In this document: positions 28,970 through 38,975 of the stretch, one piece after another
Layout: the number at the start of each line of letters is the position of its first letter
Numbering within the stretch: position 1 is the first letter of the stretch
From: Acidobacteriota bacterium
GTDB taxonomy: Bacteria; Acidobacteriota; UBA890; WLXD01
Assembly: GCA_963666055.2 (NCBI GenBank)
Contig: CAXWPH010000012.1
Span: 413,976-477,975, forward strand
Direction of reading: 5' to 3'
Length of the DNA stretch: 64,000 bases
Program-made: the position numbers and the translations under genes
The notes under the pieces: generated by a model
Told to the model about the DNA's origin: nothing
The model's database searches: none
The model's input: only the letters and a program-made list of their open reading frames with translations

Positions 28970-31381
28970 TCAGCGTTGTATCCCTTCTCGGAGCTGCATC
29001 CCAAGACGCGCGTGCTGGTTGGAGAGCTCGCTTCTCCCGAGTTGATTGTAGATATCCGCCAGTAAGAGATGACCCAGCACCTGGTCCTGCCTGGTGATCT
29101 CTTGCGGCACCCCGCTCGCAGTCGCCGACTCGAGTCGCTCCAGCGCCCCCTCGACGAGCGACACGGCCTCGTCGAGGCGCTCGTTCTTCACCAGGTAGAT
29201 GCGAGCGAGGAAAAGGCGCCCACCGGCGAACTGCGGGTCGATCTCGAGGGCCAGACGCAGGTAGCGCTCCTCCTCGACGAGGTCGCCGCGGTTGCGGTAG
29301 ATGGCGCTGAGTTTGAAGGCGGCCTCGCCGTTGCGCGGCGCGTTCTCGAGCTCGCGGCGGTAGGCTCCGATCGCCTCGTTCGGCTGTCCCCGGGCCTGGA
29401 AAAGCAAGGCGCGATTGAAGTGCAGATCGGCGAGGTTATCGTTGAAGCCACGCGCCAGGTTCAGGTGTTCCTCCGCCAGACGCGGGCGGCCGGCGGCCAG
29501 GTGGACGGCCCCGATCCCGACGTGTGCGGCGGCCATGATGTTGTCCGCCGGAACATCCTCGCTGAGGCGCAACGCCTCGTTGAAATAGGTCGCCGCCTCG
29601 TCGTATGAGCGCCTGGCCTGCTTGATGCGCCCGAGGCTAATATACAGTCGGGCATCCGGCTCCAGGACGTCGATGAAGTCCAGCAACACCTTCTCGGCCT
29701 CGTCTATCCGACCGGCCTGCCTCTGTGTGCGGGCGAGAAAGAGCACCAGGGCCGCATCCTCGGGCCTCATAGAGAGTGCGGTCTCGAAGGCCTCGATCGC
29801 CTCGTTGTAGCGGAGCTGCTCGACGAGCAGGTTGCCGAGCGACTGGTGCGCATCGACCACGCCGGGATCCTCGGCGATAACCCCCCGCAGCAGCACCTCG
29901 GCCTCGGCCGGTTCGTTCTGGACGGTCAGACGGCGGGCCCGCAGCAGGTCGTTGTATATCTCGACCTTGTCCCTCGGGTTAGCGCGCTTGACCTCCGGGT
30001 CGTCTGCATCGGCGCTGTAGCCGCCGATGTACCCGAGCGCGGCGAGCCGCTGGAGAGTCTCCTGGTCGAGCGTGACGGTGTTCGCCGGGTTGGCGTTCTC
30101 CTCGAACTGCGCCACCAGCTCCTCGGCCTCCCGGCGCAGCGCCTCTGCCGTGGCGGCGCGCTCTGATGCGAGGTTCTCCTGCTCCTCGGGGTCCTGAAGA
30201 AGATCGTAGAGCTCCGGCTCGGACGAGATGATGAGCTTGTGGGTGGGCTCGAGGATCGCCTGGAGCTCGCTCCAGCCGAAATGCAGGCGCGGGTAGAAGG
30301 TTTCGGCGTAGACACGCTCGTCGGTCCTGCCCTCGACCTCGGCGTCGTTGGTAAACAGCGGTACCAGGCTCCTGCCATGCACCTGCCCGGGGGTCTCCAG
30401 CCCGGTCAACTCCAGCACGGTCGGCATGACGTCGATCAACGAGACCAGTTCGTGGCGCCGGATGCCCTGCGGCTCGTCGAATGGGGTGGCGATGATCAGC
30501 GGCACCCGGATGGCCGACTCGTACAGCAGCAGCCCGTGCTCGTTCTCCCCGTGCTCTCCGAGGCTCTCGCCATGATCGGCTGCCACCACCACGTAGGTGT
30601 CTTCGGATCGGCCGGAGTCGTCCAGCCACGAGGTCAGCCGGCCCACCAAGGAGTCGGTCCAGGCGATCTCACCAACGTAGGGGTTGGCGTATCGTGACCT
30701 GAAAGGTTCGGGTGGCTCGTATGGGGTATGCGGGTCGTACAGGTGAACCCACATGAAGAACGGGGTCGTGTCGTCCTCGCCGGCCCACGCCAGGGCGGTA
30801 TCGACGACCTCTGATCCGGGGCGCTGCACGCGGCTCAGAAAGATCGCTCGCTGCTTGGGCATCTCGAACTCGTCGAAGTACCGGTCGAACCCCTGGGCCA
30901 GGCCCCAGCGCGAGTCGAGGACGAAGGCTCCGACGAAGGCGCCGGTGCGGTAGCCGGCCTCCTGGAAGCTCTCGGCCAGGGTCTGCAGCCCTTCCGGCGC
31001 GACGTGCACGCCGTTGTCGCGCACCCCGTGGTAGGGCGGGTGGGTGCCAGTGAACAGCGACGTGTGCGAGGGCAGCGTCAGCGGCGTCGAGGCGTAGGCG
31101 CGCATGAAGGTGACGCCGCGGGCGGCAAGACCATCGATGACGGGCGTGTCGACCTGGTCGAATCGGTAGACTCCGATGTGATCGGCCCGCGTCGTGTCGA
31201 GCGTCACCAGCAGGACGTTGAGCCTGCGGTCGCCGCGGAGCTGGTCGAGATTGGCCCCCGGGGACGCTCCCGGGCCACAGCTGATCGTCAGCAGGATGAT
31301 CGCGGACACGGACGCGAGAACGGCGAGCGCTGCGATCACACCAGGCCGCGGCATACGCCGACCGCGGTCGAAGCTCGGCAT
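28970..31381 (-). CDS. sulfatase-fold hydrolase (Thr-type) fused to C-terminal TPR repeats
   Basis: NVLLVTLDTTRADH, PLTLPSHTSLFTG, HLYDPHTPY, ADHGESLGEHGE, LAALGYI, then TPR helices; GGAGG RBS. Confidence 0.9.
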   Translation of the reverse strand: MPSFDRGRRMPRPGVIAALAVLASVSAIILLTISCGPGASPGANLDQLRGDRRLNVLLVTLDTTRADHIGVYRFDQVDTPVIDGLAARGVTFMRAYASTPLTLPSHTSLFTGTHPPYHGVRDNGVHVAPEGLQTLAESFQEAGYRTGAFVGAFVLDSRWGLAQGFDRYFDEFEMPKQRAIFLSRVQRPGSEVVDTALAWAGEDDTTPFFMWVHLYDPHTPYEPPEPFRSRYANPYVGEIAWTDSLVGRLTSWLDDSGRSEDTYVVVAADHGESLGEHGENEHGLLLYESAIRVPLIIATPFDEPQGIRRHELVSLIDVMPTVLELTGLETPGQVHGRSLVPLFTNDAEVEGRTDERVYAETFYPRLHFGWSELQAILEPTHKLIISSEPELYDLLQDPEEQENLASERAATAEALRREAEELVAQFEENANPANTVTLDQETLQRLAALGYIGGYSADADDPEVKRANPRDKVEIYNDLLRARRLTVQNEPAEAEVLLRGVIAEDPGVVDAHQSLGNLLVEQLRYNEAIEAFETALSMRPEDAALVLFLARTQRQAGRIDEAEKVLLDFIDVLEPDARLYISLGRIKQARRSYDEAATYFNEALRLSEDVPADNIMAAAHVGIGAVHLAAGRPRLAEEHLNLARGFNDNLADLHFNRALLFQARGQPNEAIGAYRRELENAPRNGEAAFKLSAIYRNRGDLVEEERYLRLALEIDPQFAGGRLFLARIYLVKNERLDEAVSLVEGALERLESATASGVPQEITRQDQVLGHLLLADIYNQLGRSELSNQHARLGMQLREGIQR

Positions 31382-31424
31382 CCTACTCGCCTCCATCGTC
31401 AGGGGTCGGAGACGCGCGCGATAT

Positions 31425-31520
31425 CCGGGCGCATCACGATCGCCAACTCCGACGCGGCTGCCGTCTGTCTCACCCAGGCCGCCTTCGATCAGGGGCACCG
31501 GGCGGTTCAGGAACTGCCCC
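31425..31520 (+). pseudogene. 3' fragment of an SpdH-like gene
   Basis: GRITIANSDAAAVCLTQAAFDQGHRAVQEL, nearly identical in DNA to the reverse complement of 19299-19372. Confidence 0.75.
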
Positions 31521-31570
31521 CTGGGCCGAACGTACCTGAGGGACGCCTCGGTTTGAGCGCTATGAGGCTG

Positions 31571-31599
31571 CCTGGCCGGGCCTGAAACGCCCGGCCAGG
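31571..31599. terminator. GC-rich hairpin between convergent units
   Basis: CCTGGCCGGGC-CTGAAAC-GCCCGGCCAGG, 11-bp stem, no clear U-tract. Confidence 0.45.
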
Positions 31600-31650
31600 G
31601 TAAAGGACTCGAGGTTCATGGATCGCGAGTTTGGCGCCGATTTTCGAGTT

Positions 31651-31664
31651 AACTTGACAGTGCC
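31651..31664. repeat. isolated IS6-family terminal IR
   Basis: AACTTGACAGTGCC. Confidence 0.75.
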
Positions 31665-31681
31665 GCTCGCGTCCATTCCGA

Positions 31682-34570
31682 TCAGAAGGAGAGTCGTGCC
31701 CCGAGCCTAAACTGCCGCCCGGGCAGCAGATTGGTTGATCGCCGGGGTGACCCGACCGAGGAGCCTCCGGCCACGGGGAACGTGCGGTGGATTCGCTCGC
31801 TGACGCCGGTCGGGGAGAAGTTGTTGAGCAAGTTGAATCCGTCGACCATCAGCTCCAACCGGCCTTGCGCCCCCATATTGAAGGATTTCGACAACCGCAG
31901 ATCGAGCTGATTGAGCGAGTCCCACGTCCTGCTGCCGATCTTCTCGATGTGTGTGCTGCCGTAGGGCATGTTGCGCAAAATGCGAAGTCCCCCCGCTCGG
32001 CTGTTGTGATCTACCTGGAGGTTCCACGGCCGACCCGACGACAGGTTCCAGTACATACCCGCAAGGATGTCTCCGGGCAGCCTGTAGTTGCCCAGTACCT
32101 TCCAGCTCCACTTCCTGCTGAAGCGCAACGGACCATCCATGGCGAACGGGTTGCCGTTGAAGTTCGGGTGGTTTGCTGCGTCGGGGCCCCACCCCCAGAG
32201 GCTCTCGCCGTCGCCATTCTCCAGCGTTCCCCTGTTGTTCTGGTAGGTGAGGGAGGTGCTCATGTTGAGACCGGAACCCGTTCGCCTTCGGTCCAGCGTC
32301 AGCGTCACGATGTCGTGCGTCCGCTTGTAGTAGTCGTGGTTGCCGAGAAAGGGCGTTCGCAGGCCGTCATCTTTGGAATAGAGCGTCTGCGACGTCCCGG
32401 GCACCACGGTTCCGTTCGCTAACGTCGCGTCGGGGCTGGTGTATTCGAAGGCTGTGTAGTTGTGCGTGATGGTGTCGATCGCCCTGACAAAGTTGCTGTC
32501 GTCTTTGTGGATGTAGTCGACGCCCACGACCCAGTCGTCGACGAACTCATATTCGAATCCGATGTTGAAGATATCCGTGTGCATCCCCTGCAAGTCTGGG
32601 GCGAGCGGAATTGTAGCGGCGTCGAGCGAAACCAGGTTTCCGGGTTGGAAAACAAGCTCTTGCAGCACCAACAGTTCCGCGTCCGTCGGGTTGTTCGGGT
32701 CAGCCAACAAACCGTCAGGTATATCGAAGTAGTACGACGCGTAGGGTTGGTATGGGTCCTGGTACGCGGTGCCGCTGGCTGTGGAGACGTGTGAGATGAC
32801 GCTCTTTTCGAAGTAGCGCCCCCAGCTGCCATGCACAACGCCACGGCCATCACCGCCCAGGTCCCAGGTCCCACCAAAGCGTGGCGCCAAGTAGTTGAGC
32901 TGGTGCACCCAGGGGGCGCCGGTCGGCTTGCCGTCGAGTCTCTCGTGCCAGTTGGTCCTCTCAAAGCGCAGCCCGAGGTTGAGGGTGACGTTGTCGGTAA
33001 CGGTGACGTCATCCTGAATAAAGGCTGCGGAGGTTACGGTTTGGCCCTCGAGGCCAATGTCGTAGATAGACCCGTATGTGTACGAGTAGCCATAATAGTT
33101 ATAGGTAAACAGACCCCCGAGGCCGGTATAACCAGCAATCCAGCTGGACCAACTGTCCTTGTACTGGAGACCGACCTTGGCGTCATGCGCGACGCCCAGG
33201 AAGTCGTCGACGTATTGGGTCACCGTTCCCGAGATCTCTTTGCGGGCGTTGTCCTCGTCCTCCAGGAAGCCCCGGGTGATCCTCCTCGACCCGTTAAACC
33301 AGTAATCGGGTAGCTCGCAGCACACCAGAGGGAGGCGCAAGAAGTCCGCCGCATTTGATGCGAAGCGGAGATCGGTGAAGGTGTTGTCGCCCAGTTGGGA
33401 TTGCCAGGACAACAACATGGTTATGCTGCCGTAGTCGGTATCCATGGCGACGTCGAGCGGTGAACCTGTTCGCAGGTCGCGGTTCGTCTCTCTGCCCGGA
33501 TCGTTGTTGATCATGAACCCGAACGTGTTGGTGTCGTTGAGCAAGAAATCTACCCTGCCGTGCATCGTCCATCTATCGTTACCCTGCTGGGCATCTTCGA
33601 CGGCGATTCCGCCGTCAAGCCAGATCTGGTCGGCGACCACCGAATCGAGCGTCTCATTACGGCCGACGCTGCCGAAGAAGAGCAGCTTGTTGCGCACAAT
33701 CGGGCCACCGACAGTGACGGACCATTCGCGGTCGTAGGAGTACTTTCCGCGCTCGAGATCGATGATGTCGCCGGAGTTGTCACTTCTCAGCGAGCCGTTT
33801 TCCCAGTAGAAAGAGCCCGTGCCGTGAAACTCGTTGGTGCCCCCCTTGGTGACTATATTGATCATCGCGCCAGTGAACTCGCTGTGCTCGGCGCTGGCGC
33901 CGACACCGACAATCTGGATCTCGGCGATCGTATCCACGTTCGGGTTGACCCAGGTGGTACCCCATTCGTTCTCGGTGATATCAACGCCGTTGAGCCGGTA
34001 GCCGTTGGTTGCCGAACCCACCCGATGCGCGCTGGTGCCCTCGGCGTGGTTGCCGCCGGCGCCATAGGCTCCCTTGTCGGCGAAGCCAGGGGCGAAGTTC
34101 GTCATGTCGGTGAAATCACGCACCACCGGAACGTTTTCCAGCATATCCGCGCCGTATGACGTCGTAAGCGATGACGACTCGATGTCGATCAACGGCGTCT
34201 CGGAGACCACTGTGACTGTCTCTGAGATCCCCGCCAGCTCCAGCTCCGCAATCACGGTTGCGGTTGTGCCGACGCTCACCCGGACGTTGTAGGCCATCGT
34301 CTGGAACCCGGTGAGCGCGACCGTCACGATGTAATTTCCCGGCCTGAGATTACGGAACCGGAACTCACCCGCGACGTCGCTCGTCGCCGAGCGAGATGCC
34401 TCGATGAGGTTTTCTCCCTCGATGGTGGCTGTGGCACCGGGCAGCCCCGCACCATCCGCGTCCACAACCTCTCCGTCGACTATTCCGGTCAACTGGTCCC
34501 CCTGCGCCATGACCTGCGTGGGGAGTATCAGCAACATAGCAACAGTCATGACGGCGAGCGTAGCGCGCAT
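31682..34570 (-). CDS. TonB-dependent receptor, Oar-like (copy B)
   Basis: Full-length paralog of 16380..19259; C-terminal RLSF. Confidence 0.93.
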   Translation of the reverse strand: MRATLAVMTVAMLLILPTQVMAQGDQLTGIVDGEVVDADGAGLPGATATIEGENLIEASRSATSDVAGEFRFRNLRPGNYIVTVALTGFQTMAYNVRVSVGTTATVIAELELAGISETVTVVSETPLIDIESSSLTTSYGADMLENVPVVRDFTDMTNFAPGFADKGAYGAGGNHAEGTSAHRVGSATNGYRLNGVDITENEWGTTWVNPNVDTIAEIQIVGVGASAEHSEFTGAMINIVTKGGTNEFHGTGSFYWENGSLRSDNSGDIIDLERGKYSYDREWSVTVGGPIVRNKLLFFGSVGRNETLDSVVADQIWLDGGIAVEDAQQGNDRWTMHGRVDFLLNDTNTFGFMINNDPGRETNRDLRTGSPLDVAMDTDYGSITMLLSWQSQLGDNTFTDLRFASNAADFLRLPLVCCELPDYWFNGSRRITRGFLEDEDNARKEISGTVTQYVDDFLGVAHDAKVGLQYKDSWSSWIAGYTGLGGLFTYNYYGYSYTYGSIYDIGLEGQTVTSAAFIQDDVTVTDNVTLNLGLRFERTNWHERLDGKPTGAPWVHQLNYLAPRFGGTWDLGGDGRGVVHGSWGRYFEKSVISHVSTASGTAYQDPYQPYASYYFDIPDGLLADPNNPTDAELLVLQELVFQPGNLVSLDAATIPLAPDLQGMHTDIFNIGFEYEFVDDWVVGVDYIHKDDSNFVRAIDTITHNYTAFEYTSPDATLANGTVVPGTSQTLYSKDDGLRTPFLGNHDYYKRTHDIVTLTLDRRRTGSGLNMSTSLTYQNNRGTLENGDGESLWGWGPDAANHPNFNGNPFAMDGPLRFSRKWSWKVLGNYRLPGDILAGMYWNLSSGRPWNLQVDHNSRAGGLRILRNMPYGSTHIEKIGSRTWDSLNQLDLRLSKSFNMGAQGRLELMVDGFNLLNNFSPTGVSERIHRTFPVAGGSSVGSPRRSTNLLPGRQFRLGARLSF

Positions 34571-34650
34571 TACACCTCTTCCCTGGGCGACGCCTTCATC
34601 GCAGGGAAAACGTCGTCGCCCGGACTCGAGCTAACCAATTTGCCATACGG

Positions 34651-34680
34651 TTAGTAGCACCGTACCGATGCCGATGTCAA
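34651..34680 (-). promoter_or_regulatory. putative sigma70 promoter of TonB receptor B
   Basis: TTGACA-18 nt-TACTAA with TG extension; spacer similar to that of copy A. Confidence 0.55.
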
Positions 34681-34814
34681 TGGGCGCGCGTCCTACATCC
34701 TCCGCCAATGGCTTGTACATCGTCGGCTGTTCTTTCCTGGCGGCTCCGATTCTCCGCGGCCGACGTCGAAAGGGAGAACGAGAACGCTGCTAGAAATCCG
34801 GATGGAATGCTAGC

Positions 34815-36356
34815 TTGTGCCCAGTGACAAAAAACTCACAGAACATCGCTGTCATCGGTGCTGGTATCAACGGCCTGGTCGCGGCCAACTACCTGGTGCG
34901 CGCTGGACACCAGGTCACCCTGCTCGAGCGTAGCGATCGGGTTGGCGGCGCCTGTGTGTCGGAGACCGTCGAGGTGCAGGGCATCCGGCAAGATTACCCG
35001 CTCGGCGCTTCGACGCTGGGGCTGATGCAGGACTTTGTCTGGCGGAAGACCGGTCTGGCGGATCGCTTGCAGGGCTGGGCAGGCAGCCATCCGGATTTGG
35101 TGTTCTTCCCTGGCATCGAACAGCCCACCCGGATCTACCGTGATGCGTCCCAGGCGGCCGGGGAGTTCGCCGACAGGTGGGGAGAACAAGGTGATCTGGC
35201 GGCTTACCGCGCCGACGAAGGTCGGGTGGTGCGCTTTCTGCAAGCCGGCTATCGAGCCGGTCAGCCGCCCAGCTTGGAGGAAACGGTTGCTGAGTTGGGG
35301 GCAGACCTGACGGCGCTGTGGATCACCGGGAGCGTCAGGACGCTATTGGATCATTACCTGAGCGCCGAACGTACCAAGCTGCACATTGCCATGAGTGTCA
35401 CGGAAAGCGGTCCGGTATCCCTGTCCGAGCCCTACTCCGCATTCATTGTTCCGATGATGGGCTCCGGCTCAGTATTCGGCGGCTACTACGGCTACGTGCG
35501 GGGCGGCATCTGGCAGATCACACGTGAACTCGGCCGAATCAATCAGCAACTCGGCGTGGATCTCGTGTTGTCCTGCACGGTGCACGAAGTGGACGCGAAG
35601 ACCGGCCTCGTGCGCTATGAGAATTCTTCCGGCCCGCAGACGCTTCACACGGACCACGTAGCGTTTGCTACCGATCCTCAAACCGCCGCGCGCCTGACTG
35701 CCGATGCGGCGCTAATCAAACACACGGCTCAGGAACGGGTGCTTGGCACTGCCGGCAAACTCAACCTCATGTTCCGCAATCCTGTGCGGTGGAAACACGG
35801 CGGTGAGAATCCGGAAGCTGACGCCGCTTTCCGCTACATGTTTGCCGTGGACACGATGGCAGACTTTGAAGCAGCGACCCTGGCGGTCGTAGATGGGGAG
35901 GAGTTCGCCCCCGGCTACTTCCAGGTTTATTGCGAAGGCGCAGTCATGCGTCACATGGGCCTCGTCGAGCCCTATGACCGGCTGACGGTGTTCTTCAAGA
36001 ATCTCGCGCTGGCGCAAACCGGAGAACAACTCGCAGGGGTGGAAGCCGAGGTGAAGGAGCTCATCCTGAGCTTTATCGCAAATCCCGAAGATTGCGTCTG
36101 GACTCGCTTACTCACACCTCGGGACCTGCAGCAGACCTTCGGAATTCCAGGCGGCAACATTGAACACACCATGCTCGTCGAGGGGCAAAGTTACTTCGAT
36201 CGGCAATATGCCGACGATGCGAACCGGCGCTTCTACCAGTTCGGCGAGTTCGAGAACGTGTCCATCTGTGGCTCCAGCACCTACCCCTGCGGCTCGGTAG
36301 CCGGAACCCCCGGCTACATGTGCGCCAGCGAGTTGCTGCGCCAAATGGGGACATAG
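34815..36356 (+). CDS. phytoene-dehydrogenase-like FAD oxidoreductase (COG1233 type)
   Basis: VIGAGINGLVAA..L...G..V.LLER..VGGAC; TPRDL...GGNI.H; GSSTYP.GSVAG.PG. Confidence 0.85.
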   Translation: MCPVTKNSQNIAVIGAGINGLVAANYLVRAGHQVTLLERSDRVGGACVSETVEVQGIRQDYPLGASTLGLMQDFVWRKTGLADRLQGWAGSHPDLVFFPGIEQPTRIYRDASQAAGEFADRWGEQGDLAAYRADEGRVVRFLQAGYRAGQPPSLEETVAELGADLTALWITGSVRTLLDHYLSAERTKLHIAMSVTESGPVSLSEPYSAFIVPMMGSGSVFGGYYGYVRGGIWQITRELGRINQQLGVDLVLSCTVHEVDAKTGLVRYENSSGPQTLHTDHVAFATDPQTAARLTADAALIKHTAQERVLGTAGKLNLMFRNPVRWKHGGENPEADAAFRYMFAVDTMADFEAATLAVVDGEEFAPGYFQVYCEGAVMRHMGLVEPYDRLTVFFKNLALAQTGEQLAGVEAEVKELILSFIANPEDCVWTRLLTPRDLQQTFGIPGGNIEHTMLVEGQSYFDRQYADDANRRFYQFGEFENVSICGSSTYPCGSVAGTPGYMCASELLRQMGT

Positions 36357-36412
36357 AAGCGCCTGCGATCGCCACCCGCCCTGGCGACGGACAACCCACC
36401 GGGGGCCCGCGA

Positions 36413-38428
36413 TCAGGTTCGCTCGGCCCACGGATACTGGAACTCGGGACGGATGACGTCGGTCAATAGCTCCTGGACCGCGCGGTGTGCCTGGTCGATG
36501 GCGGCGTGGGTCAAGCTGGTGGCGGCGGCGTCGGAGTTGGCTACCGTGATGCGACCGAAGCGCTGACGGCCGCGTACCCAGGGCACCTCGTCATAACCCC
36601 ATTCAGGGTCGTAGAGGTCGTTGGCGCCGCCGGCGTAGCCGTGCGGCCAGCGGTTCACCGTGATGGCCTCGATATCCCGAGCTGGATCGAAGCCGCCATC
36701 CGTCAACGCACGGCCCAGGTGATCACGGATATTGCGCTCGAAGGTCTCGAACGAGGTCGACTGCAGCTCCTCGCGGCCGGCACGGAACTGGTCGCGGGCC
36801 GTCAACCCCGGGTGGATCGGAAAGCGTTGCAGATGCAGCACCATCGGATCGTCGGGCGTCTGTGCGCACTGGTAGTCGCCGAGGCTGCGGCCGTAGTCCA
36901 GGTCAATTACCTCGTGGTATCCGCCTGGGCTGTAGATGTTCGCCACGCCGAGCTTCTCGAAGGCCTTCCAGTCCCGCAGCACGACGCTGGTGTAGACGAG
37001 CGGCCGGCGCACGGCCATGTGCAGGGCTTCCTTCTGCTCCTCGGGAAAGTCGGGACAGAGATAGGGGATCATGGCGTTGTAGCAGGCCATCACACAGGTG
37101 GCGCCGCGCGCACGGTGCGCCTTCCCGTGGCGCACGTAGGTCACCTCGACCTCGCTGGCGGTGCGGCGCTCGCCGACGTGGCGGGCGTTGACCACCGTGC
37201 TGTTGAGCCGGATGCGCACCGGGCTGCCGTCCTCGTCGATGGCGGCGTAGTTGACCGGCGTCGCCACCGAGTCCTCCATCGTCGTGCCGGGGAGAGCCTT
37301 CGGGATCAGCCACCTGACGATCAGCCGAGCGACCGTGGCGTTGCCGTCGGGGAAGTGGATGCTGGGGCCAAAATCGTCTCCCTCCCCGAGCCAGCTCTGC
37401 GGCGGCTGCTCCACACCGAGCCCATCGAACCCCGGGAACCACCCGGTGCGCAGGGCGCCCCAGGCGCTACAGGAGTCGATCCCGGCCGAGCCGTTGGCGT
37501 CGCCCCGCCGCATGAAGAAGGGGATTACCCCCGGATCCGCCTTCACGACCTCGAGCAGATAGTCCTGATAGCTGATCTTGCGCAACCGCTGTTTCTTCTC
37601 TTCGAGCGACAAGCCCGGCAGGTAGTCGCGCTTGTCCTCGTGGAGCCGCAGCATGTCCTTCTTCACGTTGTCCGACAGCGGCGTCTTGGCGAGGAACTCC
37701 TCCCAGGTGAGCGAGCCGGGTCGGGCCGGCTGGGAGCTCCGCCGCGTCCTCCCGACCACTAGCCGATCCGCGCCGAAGGTCTCGCGGTCGAAGAAGACAC
37801 CCGGTTGCAGGCCCATCCTCCGGTAGAGGCCGCGGTCCGCCTCGGTGGTCGCCAGGTAACGCGGTTTGTCGATGCCGATCTCCTCCAGCAGCGCTTTGGC
37901 CTCGTAGGGGTAGCTGTTGGCGCCGTGGATCGACATCGTGCCGCCGAAGCCGATCACCTGGCGGCCGTTCACCATGAACTCGTTGCGCTTGGCATGGCCG
38001 CCGAAGTCGTCGTGGTTATCGAGCACGAGCACTTTCGATTCAGGGAGCGCTTTCTTGAAGAACCACGCGGCGGCCAGCCCGCTCAACCCTCCTCCCACCA
38101 CGATCAGGTCGTAGCTCTCGCCGGTATCCTCCGCCTCGTCCCAGGTCTTCCCGTCGCGCATCTCGTGCGCGACTTCGAAAGACCCCTCGTGGCTGCCGCG
38201 CATCCCGGTCAGCTTTGGCGGGTAGTAGACCTCGGACCCGGGCGAGTCCTGTGCCGACGGTGTCTGGCCGGAAGAGGTCCTGGGCGGCTCCGACGCGCTG
38301 GCCTCGGCACCTGAGAGTGCTCCCGCACCGATCGCGCCCGCGCCGCCGATTGCTGCGCTGGCGCCGTTCAGGAAGTCGCGCCGGGTGATCTCCCGGTCCA
38401 TCCCCAGTTCACAGTCTGACTTCTTCAT
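36413..38428 (-). CDS. spermidine-dehydrogenase-like FAD oxidoreductase, intact, Tat leader
   Basis: ITRRDFLNG, YYPPKLTGMRGSH, VVGGGLSGL, DNHDDFGGHAKRNEF, HFPDGNA, NRWPHGYA, ANSDA. Confidence 0.9.
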   Translation of the reverse strand: MKKSDCELGMDREITRRDFLNGASAAIGGAGAIGAGALSGAEASASEPPRTSSGQTPSAQDSPGSEVYYPPKLTGMRGSHEGSFEVAHEMRDGKTWDEAEDTGESYDLIVVGGGLSGLAAAWFFKKALPESKVLVLDNHDDFGGHAKRNEFMVNGRQVIGFGGTMSIHGANSYPYEAKALLEEIGIDKPRYLATTEADRGLYRRMGLQPGVFFDRETFGADRLVVGRTRRSSQPARPGSLTWEEFLAKTPLSDNVKKDMLRLHEDKRDYLPGLSLEEKKQRLRKISYQDYLLEVVKADPGVIPFFMRRGDANGSAGIDSCSAWGALRTGWFPGFDGLGVEQPPQSWLGEGDDFGPSIHFPDGNATVARLIVRWLIPKALPGTTMEDSVATPVNYAAIDEDGSPVRIRLNSTVVNARHVGERRTASEVEVTYVRHGKAHRARGATCVMACYNAMIPYLCPDFPEEQKEALHMAVRRPLVYTSVVLRDWKAFEKLGVANIYSPGGYHEVIDLDYGRSLGDYQCAQTPDDPMVLHLQRFPIHPGLTARDQFRAGREELQSTSFETFERNIRDHLGRALTDGGFDPARDIEAITVNRWPHGYAGGANDLYDPEWGYDEVPWVRGRQRFGRITVANSDAAATSLTHAAIDQAHRAVQELLTDVIRPEFQYPWAERT

Positions 38429-38467
38429 GCGCCCATTCTAGCCTTTGCCTCGCGGGCTGACGACCGC

Positions 38468-38935
38468 ATGGCGTTGAGCAAAGGTCTTCCTATATATAGC
38501 CGTCATGCCGCCGAACTGCGCCACCATCTCCCCGACGTGGCGAGCGCGCTGACTGAGTATCACAGCAACTTGGATGCGATCGTGGATCTCGCGGCTGCCC
38601 ATGAAGCGCGGCTGGTTCTTATCACCCAGCCATCCGTATGGCGACCGGGCATGACGGCCGCCGAGCAGGAACGGCTATGGCTCGGTGGTGTCGGCGACTA
38701 CCAGGAGCTACCCGGTCAGCCGTACTACTCGGTCGACGCATTGGCCGATGCCATGCAACGCTATAACGACGTGCTCGTTGACACCTGTCGCCAACGCGAC
38801 GTCGAATGTCTCGATCTCGCTGCGGTGTTGGCGCGCAGCACGGACACTTTCTTCGACGACGTTCACTTCACCGAGGCTGGCTCGGCAGAAGTTGGACGAC
38901 TCGTCGCGGCACAGCTGGGTCGGGGCGCGTTCTGA
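38468..38935 (+). pseudogene. SGNH/GDSL hydrolase C-terminal part (probably 5'-truncated)
   Basis: LVLITQP, YNDVL, FFDDVHFTEAG (DxxH block V); no GDS block I. Confidence 0.65.
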
Positions 38936-38975
38936 GGCAGCGTTCACAACGGAGCGAGCCCCAGCCGGAGTTGAA

